In this document: in pieces, positions 53,489 to 60,539 of the stretch
How the letters are laid out: each line of letters starts with the position of its first letter
How positions within the stretch are numbered: position 1 is the first letter of the stretch
Source: an uncultured Actinomycetes bacterium
GTDB lineage: Bacteria > Actinomycetota > Thermoleophilia > Solirubrobacterales > 70-9
NCBI GenBank assembly: GCA_963696955.1
Contig: CAVOMF010000002.1
Coordinates: 354,044-418,043 of the forward strand
Reading direction: 5' to 3'
Length of the DNA: 64,000 bases
The notes under the pieces: model-generated
What the model was told of the DNA's origin: nothing
Database searches by the model: none
The model's input: the letters and a program-made list of their open reading frames with translations, nothing else
Made by a program: the position numbers and the translations under genes

Positions 53489-55985
53489 GCTGCCCGACTC
53501 CGCCCGCTGCGTCATCGTCGGGGGCGGCGTCGGCGGCACCTCACTCGCCTACCACCTCGCGAAGCTCGGCTGGGAGGACGTTGTCCTGCTGGAGCGCTCC
53601 CAGCTCACCTCCGGCTCGACCTTCCACTCGGCGGGGCTGGTCGGCCAGCTGCGCGGCTCGGTCTCGCTGACGAAGATGATGATGCACTCGGTCGAGCTCT
53701 ACCGGCAGCTCGGCGAGGAGTCCGAGTTCGACCCCGGCTGGGTCGAGTGCGGCGGCATCCGGCTCGCTTCCAGCGAGGAGCGGATGGAGGAGCTGCGCCG
53801 GCAGGCGGGCTGGGCGAAGACCTTCGGGCTGCCGCTGGAGCTGATCTCGGCCGAGGAGGCGAAGGAGCTGTTTCCGCTGATGTCGACCGAGGGAGTGCTG
53901 GGCGCGGCCTGGCTGCCGACCGACGGCTACATCGACCCGGCGCAGCCGACCTACGCGCTCGCCGACGGCGCCCGCCAGGGGGGCTGCCGGATCTTCACCA
54001 ACACGCGGGTGACCGGGATCGACGTCCGCGACGGTCGCGTGCGCGGGGTGCGGACCGAGCAGGGCGACGTCGCCGCCGAGGTGGTGGTCGACGCCGGCGG
54101 CATGTTCGCGGCCGAGATCGCCCGCATGGCCGGCGTCCGCGTGCCGGTGATCCCGATGTCCCACCAGTACCTCGTCACCCAGCCGCTGGAGGAGGTCCGC
54201 GAGGCGCGCCGGTCCTTAGTTCCGGATAGCGACACAAATGACCGGAGCACCCGTGGTCACCTCCCCACTTTGCGGGATCCCGACCTGCTGGTCTACTACC
54301 GCGAGGACGGGGCCGGGCTGGTGATGGGCGGCTACGAGCGGCGCAGCGAGCCGGCCTTCCTGCCCGGGGGGACGGGGCGGGTGGAGGCGATCCCGGCTGA
54401 CTTCAATGGCCGACTGCTGGAAGAGGACTGGGAGCGCTTCGAGGAGATCACCGAGAACTCGAAGCGACGGGTGCCGGCGATGGACCGGATTACCGTCACC
54501 AAACTGATCAACGGTCCCGAGGCGTTCACCCCGGACAACGAGTTCTGCCTCGGCGAGACCGAGGTCGGCGGTTTCTTCGTCTGCGCCGGCTTCTGCGCCC
54601 ACGGGCTCGCCGGCGCCGGCGGGATCGGCAAAGTCGTCGCCGAGTGGATCGTCGAGGGGGAACCGAGCCTCGACCTCTGGCACATGGACATCCGCCGCTT
54701 CGGCGCCCAGTACCGCTCCCCCGCCTACACCCACGCGCGGATCAGGGAGACCTACGAGACCTACTACGACATCCGCTACCCCAACCACGAGCGGGGGGCG
54801 GGGCGGCCGCTGCGGGTCTCGCCGGCGAACGCCTGGCACCGCGAGCATGGGGCGGCCTTTGGCGAGAAGTCCGGCTGGGAGCGGGTCAACTGGTACGAGC
54901 GCAACGCCGCCGGGGACGAGGAGCTGCGGCCGCGCGGCTGGGCGGGGCAGCACTGGTCGCCGGCGATCGGCGCCGAGCACCGGGCAACGCGGGAGGCGGT
55001 CGCCCTCTTCGACGAGAGCTCCTTCGCCAAGCTCGAGATCGAGGGACGGGGCGCCGAGAGCTTCCTCGAAATCCTCTGCGACAACCGCGTCGGCCGCGGC
55101 GTCGGCCAGATCACCTACACGCAGATGCTCAACCACCGCGGCGGCATCGAGTGCGACTTCACGGTGGCGCGGCTGGCCGAGGAGCGCTTCTCGATCGTCA
55201 CCGGCACCGCCTCCGGCAACCACGACCGCGAGTGGATGCGCCGCCACCTGCCCGGCGAGGAAGTGCGGATCCACGACGTCACCTCGCAGTGGGCATGCTT
55301 CGGGATCTGGGGACCGCGGGCGCGCGAGGTGCTGCAGCCGCTCACTCCCCAGGACCTCGGCAACGAGGCCTTCCCCTACATGAGCCTGCGCGAGACGACG
55401 GTCGGCAATGTGCCGGTGCGGATGCTGCGGGTGACCTACGTCGGCGAGCTCGGCTGGGAGATCTACTGCCCGACCGAGTACGGCCTCGGGCTCTGGCGGG
55501 CGCTCTGGGAGGCGGGGCAACCGCACGGCATCCTCGCCGGCGGCTACCGGGCGATCGACAGCCTCCGGCTCGAGAAGGGCTACCGCGTCTGGGGCGCCGA
55601 CATCACCCCGGACGAGACCCCGTACGAGGGCGGGGTCGGCTTCTGCGTCAAGCTCGAGAAGGAGGGCGGCTTCATCGGCCAGGAGGCGCTGCTCGAGGCG
55701 AAGGAGCGCGGGCCGCGCTCCCGTCTCTGCTGCCTCACCCTCGCCGACCCCCACTCGATCGCCCTCGGCAACGAGCCGGTCCGGGTCGGCGGCGAGATCG
55801 TCGGCCGGGTGACCACCGGCGGCTATGGCTACACCGTCGAGCGCTCGATCGCCTACGCCTACCTGCCGCCGGAGGCGAGCGAGCCGGGGACCGCAGTCGA
55901 GGTCGAGAGCTTCGGCCGCTGGGTCGAGGGCGAGGTCGCGCAAGAGCCGCTCTTCGACCCGAAGGGCGAGCGCGTGCGCGCCTAA
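53475..55985 (+). CDS. FAD-dependent oxidoreductase fused to a GcvT-like aminomethyltransferase domain (dimethylglycine/sarcosine dehydrogenase family)
   Basis: VIVGGGVGGTSLAYHL dinucleotide fold. C-terminal folate-binding GcvT-type domains (GELGWEIY, GYRAIDSLRLEKGY). Confidence 0.85.
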   Translation: MPRAELPDSARCVIVGGGVGGTSLAYHLAKLGWEDVVLLERSQLTSGSTFHSAGLVGQLRGSVSLTKMMMHSVELYRQLGEESEFDPGWVECGGIRLASSEERMEELRRQAGWAKTFGLPLELISAEEAKELFPLMSTEGVLGAAWLPTDGYIDPAQPTYALADGARQGGCRIFTNTRVTGIDVRDGRVRGVRTEQGDVAAEVVVDAGGMFAAEIARMAGVRVPVIPMSHQYLVTQPLEEVREARRSLVPDSDTNDRSTRGHLPTLRDPDLLVYYREDGAGLVMGGYERRSEPAFLPGGTGRVEAIPADFNGRLLEEDWERFEEITENSKRRVPAMDRITVTKLINGPEAFTPDNEFCLGETEVGGFFVCAGFCAHGLAGAGGIGKVVAEWIVEGEPSLDLWHMDIRRFGAQYRSPAYTHARIRETYETYYDIRYPNHERGAGRPLRVSPANAWHREHGAAFGEKSGWERVNWYERNAAGDEELRPRGWAGQHWSPAIGAEHRATREAVALFDESSFAKLEIEGRGAESFLEILCDNRVGRGVGQITYTQMLNHRGGIECDFTVARLAEERFSIVTGTASGNHDREWMRRHLPGEEVRIHDVTSQWACFGIWGPRAREVLQPLTPQDLGNEAFPYMSLRETTVGNVPVRMLRVTYVGELGWEIYCPTEYGLGLWRALWEAGQPHGILAGGYRAIDSLRLEKGYRVWGADITPDETPYEGGVGFCVKLEKEGGFIGQEALLEAKERGPRSRLCCLTLADPHSIALGNEPVRVGGEIVGRVTTGGYGYTVERSIAYAYLPPEASEPGTAVEVESFGRWVEGEVAQEPLFDPKGERVRA

Positions 55986-56018
55986 GCGCGTTTCCGTTCC
56001 GGTGGTTTGGAAAAGCGC

Positions 56019-56753
56019 CTAGGCGGGCTCGAGGCGGAGCGGCGCCGGCAGGAGGCCGGCGAGGATGTGCTCGGTTCCCTCGGTGTGTTCGCGCATCTCC
56101 CGCACCGCCCGCGGACCGTCCCCTTTGCGCAGCGCCTTGACCAGCTGCGCATGCTGCTCGTTGGAGCGGGTGAGGACCTCCGGCGGGTGGGCGATGAGCG
56201 CGATCAGGGCGCTCATCTGCGACTGCGCGTCGGTCATCGCGCTCAGCATCCGCGGCGACTGCGCGGCCTCGGCGATGCCGATGTGGAAGCGGATGTCGGT
56301 GCGGCGGAACTCCTCGAAGTCCTCGAGCTCGTCTTCCATCTTCGCCACCAGCTCGTCGAGGCGGTCGAACTGCTCGATGCTCCCCCGCTCCGCCGCCAGC
56401 AGCACCGCGCCGGACTCGATCGCGACGCGGTAGTCAAGCGCCGCCCACGCCCTCTGGTCCAATGGCTCGCCATCCGGTTCGGCCAGCGGCGGCCGCTCGG
56501 CGACGAAGGTGCCGCCGGTGCGCCCACGCTGCGAGACCAGGTGCCCGCTCTGGACCAGCGCCGTCAGCGCCTGCCGCAGAGTCGAACGGGAAATCCGCAG
56601 CTGCTTCGCCAGCTCCCGCTCCGGCGGCAGCTTCGCGCCAGGGGCGAGCAAGCCCGCCCGAATCGCGCTCCCCAGCCGCTCTACCGTCTCCTCGAAGGTG
56701 CTCGCCGGCTGCACCGGCATGAACACCGCCTCAAGCGCTGCGTCGCGCTCCAT
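56019..56753 (-). CDS. GntR/FadR-family transcriptional regulator
   Basis: LPPERELAKQLRISRSTLRQALTALVQSGHLVSQRGRTGGTFV wHTH plus an FCD-type helical C-domain. Confidence 0.85.
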   Translation of the reverse strand: MERDAALEAVFMPVQPASTFEETVERLGSAIRAGLLAPGAKLPPERELAKQLRISRSTLRQALTALVQSGHLVSQRGRTGGTFVAERPPLAEPDGEPLDQRAWAALDYRVAIESGAVLLAAERGSIEQFDRLDELVAKMEDELEDFEEFRRTDIRFHIGIAEAAQSPRMLSAMTDAQSQMSALIALIAHPPEVLTRSNEQHAQLVKALRKGDGPRAVREMREHTEGTEHILAGLLPAPLRLEPA

Positions 56754-56774
56754 GAAGAGAACCGTACCGCTCGG

Positions 56775-57104
56775 TTAGGAATCCATGTCCATATAGCGGT
56801 TGAAAGCCTCGCGAGCCAGTTCGCTGAGCGAGCGCCCTTCCTTGTCGGCCCGGGCCCAAGCGGCCTCGTAGAGATCGGGCGGGACGCGGAAGCTGACGCG
56901 CGGGGAGAGGCCTTTGGGACCGAGAGAGGGGCGACCGACATAGCGGCGCACGAGTTCAGACGGGTCGGGGGGATTTTTCTCGAATTCATCCGCCCACTGT
57001 TCGGCGAGCTCCTCCGTAATCACAGTCCCTGACCGCGTCACTCCGAGGACCTCGTCCCCCTTGCTCCCTTTGTCCTTCTTACCTGGTTTTTTCACTTTTC
57101 CCAT
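56775..57104 (-). CDS. ribbon-helix-helix (CopG-like) antitoxin-type protein
   Basis: GRPSLGPKGLSPRVSFRVPPDLYEAAWARADKEGRSLSELAREAFNRYM. Overlaps the upstream gene by 13 nt. Confidence 0.65.
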   Translation of the reverse strand: MGKVKKPGKKDKGSKGDEVLGVTRSGTVITEELAEQWADEFEKNPPDPSELVRRYVGRPSLGPKGLSPRVSFRVPPDLYEAAWARADKEGRSLSELAREAFNRYMDMDS

Positions 57105-57439
57105 GACCGTGCCTCCTCGTAGAGCTCTCGAAATCGATCCCGAAGGTCCATCGCGTGGATCACCATGAACTCATCCTCATCTTCTTCGGCCGCGATGACC
57201 TCAATCGCCACTCCCTCGAGATCATCGCCGAGGAAGACAACTCGCTGGTCGACAGTTGAATGCGTGGGCCGCGTGACCAACTGGAGCCCGCAGCGCTCGA
57301 CAACGCAGAGCGAGCGCTCCCGGGAGATCCGGTGCCGGGTGGCTGATCGCGCGAAGGTGATCTTTGGTTCCTCAGGCCAAACATTCTGTCTGACAGAATA
57401 GCGGAGCTCTGGGTCTAGCTCTTTACGCAAAACGCGCAC
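57092..57439 (-). CDS. toxin-like small protein (family uncertain)
   Basis: GTG 57439 chosen. ...ITFARSATRHRISRERSLCVVE...VVFLGDDLEGVAIEVIAAEEDEDEFMVIHAMDLRDRF resembles small actinobacterial toxins ending IHAM..R. Coupled to an RHH gene. Confidence 0.4.
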   Translation of the reverse strand: MRVLRKELDPELRYSVRQNVWPEEPKITFARSATRHRISRERSLCVVERCGLQLVTRPTHSTVDQRVVFLGDDLEGVAIEVIAAEEDEDEFMVIHAMDLRDRFRELYEEARSWEK

Positions 57440-57465
57440 TAACAGCCACGGTGGGTTGACCTCTT

Positions 57466-57774
57466 CTAACTCGTCTTCGGCACGAAGACGAAGGCGCGAT
57501 CGTCCTCCGAGAGATGGAGATATCGCCTCGTCCAGTAGTGCTTGTAGACCTGCAGCCGGGTCCCGTCGACCAGCCGGACCGTGCCCATCCACATGAAGTC
57601 GACGACGTGGTCTCGGGCGAGGTTCAGCAGCGGCTCCCATTCGGGAGCGTCGACGCGCAGCCATTTTCCTCGGATCGGTTTCTGCGGCACGGCCACAACC
57701 TCCCGAGGGAGGTGTGACCGAACAAGACGCGGAAGTGCCGCTTCTGAAAAACCTTGGTGCCGGGGTCGTGACAT
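57466..57774 (-). CDS. hypothetical protein
   Basis: This is the real-looking C-terminal part of the 307-aa track ORF (KWLRVDAPEWEPLLNLARDHVVDFMWMGTVRLVDGTRLQVYKHYWTRRYLHL). The rest of that ORF is antisense to the next gene. Confidence 0.45.
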   Translation of the reverse strand: MSRPRHQGFSEAALPRLVRSHLPREVVAVPQKPIRGKWLRVDAPEWEPLLNLARDHVVDFMWMGTVRLVDGTRLQVYKHYWTRRYLHLSEDDRAFVFVPKTS

Positions 57775-57804
57775 CCTCCCCCTGGGCCGCGAAAGAAGGA
57801 GGAC

Positions 57805-58377
57805 ATGATGGGGAAGATCGTCGTCACCGAGTTCATCTCGCTGGACGGGGTGATCGAGGACCCGGGCGGGGCCGAGGACTACAGCCGCGGCGGCTGGGCC
57901 TTCGACTTCGACCGCGGCGCCGAGGGGGACAAGTTCAAGATGGACGAGCTCGTGGAGGCCGAGGCCCAGCTGCTCGGCCGCGTCACCTATGAAGGTTTCG
58001 CCGCCGCCTGGCCGGAGCGTGACGACGAGGCGGGCTTCGCGAAGAAGATGAACGAGATGCCGAAGTACGTCGTCTCCTCGACCCTCGAGCGGCCCGAGTG
58101 GCAGAACACGACCGTCCTCAGCGGCGACCTCGCCGGGGCGGTCGCCCGGCTGCGCGACGAAGTCGACGGCATCGTCCTCGTCGCCGGCAGCGCCAGCCTC
58201 GTCCAGGCCCTCGTCGAGCACGACCTCGTCGACGAGCTGCGCCTGATGCTGTTCCCCGTCCTCCTCGGCGAGGGCAAGCGCCTCTTCCCCACCGGCGACG
58301 CCAAAAAGCCCCTCCGCCTGACGGAGGCGAAAACGGTCGGCGACGGCGTCGCGATCCTCCGCTACGAGCGCCCATAG
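57805..58377 (+). CDS. dihydrofolate reductase family protein (RibD C-terminal domain type)
   Basis: KIVVTEFISLDGVIEDPGG...LLGRVTYEGFAAAWP...KYVVSSTL...LMLFPVLLGEGKRLF. Confidence 0.85.
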   Translation: MMGKIVVTEFISLDGVIEDPGGAEDYSRGGWAFDFDRGAEGDKFKMDELVEAEAQLLGRVTYEGFAAAWPERDDEAGFAKKMNEMPKYVVSSTLERPEWQNTTVLSGDLAGAVARLRDEVDGIVLVAGSASLVQALVEHDLVDELRLMLFPVLLGEGKRLFPTGDAKKPLRLTEAKTVGDGVAILRYERP

Positions 58378-58411
58378 CGCCAACCTCAAGATCGCTTAGA
58401 ACGACCGGCCA

Positions 58412-58439
58412 GCCCACCCTGCGCAGGAGTAGGGTGGGC
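58412..58439. terminator. 9-bp hairpin abutting the left direct repeat (terminator or operator)
   Basis: GCCCACCCT-n10-AGGGTGGGC, 35 nt after the DHFR-family stop and ending where repeat R1 begins. No T-tract. Confidence 0.35.
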
Positions 58440-58602
58440 CGATGCCCGTCTTCCACGTTCGCTTCAAGGGCATGCTCACCGGTCAGGAGCGCGAGCGGCT
58501 GACCGCTGCCGGCATCCACCTCGAGGGCCGCGAATCCTCAATGGTCGTCGGCTCACCCGAGACCGGAACCGCTCCCACCGGCCGCCCGATCTACACCGTC
58601 AG
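58439..58602 (+). repeat. direct repeat R1 (164 bp)
   Basis: Identical to 60376-60539 except 4 mismatches. Covers the RBS, the start and the first 53 codons of the 86-aa gene. Confidence 0.9.
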
Positions 58603-58702
58603 CGTCGAGGCGAACTCCGCCGAGGAGGCGTTGCGAAGGGTGCGCGATGCGATCGAACCGGACACTGCGAACTTCTCAGGTTGGGAAGCCGCGCCGGCCT
58701 GA
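58442..58702 (+). CDS. hypothetical 86-aa protein (intact copy)
   Basis: MPVFHVRFKGMLTGQERERLTAAGIHLEGRESSMVVGSPETGTAPTGRPIYTVSVEANSAEEALRRVRDAIEP... Confidence 0.5.
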   Translation: MPVFHVRFKGMLTGQERERLTAAGIHLEGRESSMVVGSPETGTAPTGRPIYTVSVEANSAEEALRRVRDAIEPDTANFSGWEAAPA

Positions 58703-58790
58703 GCGAATTTACAAAGCCTCTCGCCTCTCGCCTCAAATTCATGACTTTGTGCGCGCCACCTGTGCGCTGCCGCCGCCTAGCGTCGCGCTC

Positions 58791-59165
58791 ATGGGATGGC
58801 CGCCCAGAGAAGGAGAGTTTTTGCCCCGCGCAGAGGAAGCTCGCGGCGTCCGCCGGAAGCTCGAGGCGTACTCCCTGAATCTGTTCCACGAGTCGGGAGG
58901 TCCGAAGGCTCGGGGCTTTGCTCACCTGCTCGGGATCACGATCGAGGCAGTCGATGAGTTGGAAGCTGCGATACACCAGGCCGTCTTGGAAACTCGAATC
59001 AGCTCAGTTAGGAAGAACCGTGAAGGCGGATTCAATTGTGTGATCGACTTTTCGATGCGGGGACAAGGCACCCGAAATGAGCGATTCGTCCGAGTCCGAA
59101 CCGTCTGGGAGCTGGCGAGCCCAACGTCCCGTCCTCGTCTTGTGACCGCATTCCCAAGCCCCTAG
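58791..59165 (+). CDS. DUF6883-like protein
   Basis: RKLEAYSLNLFHESGGPKARGFAHLLGIT matches the K-L..Y.L...H..GG.KA..F pattern I associate with DUF6883. ATG 58791 preferred. Confidence 0.5.
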   Translation: MGWPPREGEFLPRAEEARGVRRKLEAYSLNLFHESGGPKARGFAHLLGITIEAVDELEAAIHQAVLETRISSVRKNREGGFNCVIDFSMRGQGTRNERFVRVRTVWELASPTSRPRLVTAFPSP

Positions 59166-59176
59166 ACTGAAGAAGC

Positions 59177-59392
59177 ATGCGGACCGCTCATCTTCAGATC
59201 ACGGAGAACGACTACGTCGAGTTGACCCGCGATATCGGCAAGTGGCCATCGGGCACTCGTGGCACGGCTGTCAGCGATCATGGGTCATGGAAGCTGATTG
59301 AGGTCGCTGACGATTACGGCAAGATGCTCGACCTGCTCGAAGTTGACGATCGCGACCTGCGGCTCATAACGCAGCATCCCTTCGCTGCCTAA
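59177..59392 (+). CDS. DUF4926-like small protein
   Basis: 71 aa. DYVELTRDIGKWPSGTRGTAVSDHGSWKLIEVADDYGKMLDLLEV. The usual partner of DUF6883 genes. Confidence 0.45.
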   Translation: MRTAHLQITENDYVELTRDIGKWPSGTRGTAVSDHGSWKLIEVADDYGKMLDLLEVDDRDLRLITQHPFAA

Positions 59393-59487
59393 GGAATTTC
59401 AGGCTCGCCCTCACCTTCGCGAACTTCTCGCAGGCGTAGGTATGCTGGATCGCCGGATGTTTTTGTCTGCTACAGTGTATAACAAAT

Positions 59488-59865
59488 ATGTTCTATGATC
59501 TTGCAATGCGGCACACTCCGCCCGAAATCAAGTGCGGGTCATTCGTGAGAGAGCTACGTGGGGAGCGCGGCTGGGGGCAGGCCGAGCTCGCCCGACGCGC
59601 CGGCATGGAGCAGCCGGCAGTCAGCCGAATTGAGCGGGACGTGATCTCTCCCTCACTCGACACGTTGCATCGGCTCTTCGGGGCGCTGGGCATGACCTTT
59701 GTTCTCGAACCGGTTCGGCTTCAAGACAGGGTCCCCGGCGGCGGGAACCAAAGCATCGCCGAGCTCCGCTCCGACTTTCGAGACCTGACCGCTGAGGAGC
59801 GCCTCGCGCAGGCCGCTCATCTCAGCGAGGTCACCACGGAGCTTGCCTCGGGCGCACAGATATGA
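59488..59865 (+). CDS. XRE-family helix-turn-helix protein (antitoxin-like)
   Basis: FVRELRGERGWGQAELARRAGMEQPAVSRIERDVISPSLDTLHRLFGALG. Confidence 0.8.
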   Translation: MFYDLAMRHTPPEIKCGSFVRELRGERGWGQAELARRAGMEQPAVSRIERDVISPSLDTLHRLFGALGMTFVLEPVRLQDRVPGGGNQSIAELRSDFRDLTAEERLAQAAHLSEVTTELASGAQI

Positions 59866-60368
59866 CGCAGGCGCTGAAGCTTGAGCCCCTTCTGAAGGCT
59901 CTGATTGACCACGAGGTCGGTTTCATCATCGTCGGCGGCTTCGCAGTTGTCGCCCACGGTTATGTCCGCGCAACGAAGGACGTCGATATCTGCCCGGAGC
60001 CCTCTGACGAGAATCTGGGGCGCTTGGCTGCCGCGTTAGCCGAGCTTGAAGCCGAGCCTCTCGGGCTAGACGATTTCGCGCCGGAGGAGTTCAACCTCCG
60101 ACCGGATCACGAAGGCCTGCAGCTCGGTGGCAACTGGACTCTACGCACGAAATTCGGCCGTCTCGACGTCCTCCAGCACATCAAGGGACTGGGTGGAGAC
60201 GAAGGCGGATGGAAAGAGCTATCGCGCCGGGCTGTCCGGAGGAAGTTTGTCGGATACGACTGCCTCTTCTGCAACTACGAGGACCTGCTCTCGATGAAGG
60301 TGAGCGCAGGGCGCCCTCAGGACGAGTTCGACATCAAAAGCCTGAAGGCAGCGCGCGGCGAACTGTAG
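59862..60368 (+). CDS. nucleotidyltransferase-fold protein (DUF6036/AbiEii-like)
   Basis: ATGA overlap with the XRE gene. FIIVGGFAVVAHGYVRATKDVDICPEP supplies the G-G...D-x-D NTase core. Confidence 0.55.
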   Translation: MTQALKLEPLLKALIDHEVGFIIVGGFAVVAHGYVRATKDVDICPEPSDENLGRLAAALAELEAEPLGLDDFAPEEFNLRPDHEGLQLGGNWTLRTKFGRLDVLQHIKGLGGDEGGWKELSRRAVRRKFVGYDCLFCNYEDLLSMKVSAGRPQDEFDIKSLKAARGEL

Positions 60369-60375
60369 CCTCCTT

Positions 60376-60539
60376 CCGATGCCCGTCTTCCACGTTCGCT
60401 TCAAGGGCATGCTCACCGGTCAGGAGCGCGAGCGGCTGACCGCTGCCGGTATCCACCTCGAGGGTCGCGAATCCTCGATGGTCGTCGGCTCACCGGAGAC
60501 CGGAACCGCTCCCACCGGCCGCCCGATCTACACCGTCAG
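60376..60539 (+). repeat. direct repeat R2 (164 bp)
   Basis: Second copy of R1, 1937 bp downstream. Its last 12 nt also encode the last three codons and the stop of the convergent Fic gene. Confidence 0.9.
60379..60539 (+). pseudogene. truncated duplicate (first 53 codons) of the 86-aa gene
   Basis: Same MPVFHVRFKGML...RPIYTV sequence. Beyond the repeat the frame runs antisense into the Fic gene and gives low-complexity nonsense. Confidence 0.7.

Noticed and set aside
54205-54280. Short AT-richer, in-frame patch (…RRSLVPDSDTNDRSTRGHLPTL…) inside the GC-rich FAD oxidoreductase-GcvT gene
   Set aside because: It is too short for an intein or mobile insertion. The reading frame and flanking conserved blocks are intact, so it is most simply a variable surface loop. 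Alignment to homologues would settle it.
13841-55943. Many other long antisense or out-of-frame ORFs (for example 13841-14878, 16404-17621, 17522-18799, 28140-29561, 29674-30687, 30764-31804, 33628-35310, 41744-42415, 43931-44752, 44846-45925, 47581-48672, 49583-50506, 50687-51892, 51024-52151, 52541-53539, 54216-55943, 54644-56140)
   Set aside because: Each overlaps a gene on the other strand or frame that carries recognisable family motifs. The rejected translations are R/A/G/P-rich with no motifs, as expected from the lack of stop codons in ~70% GC DNA.
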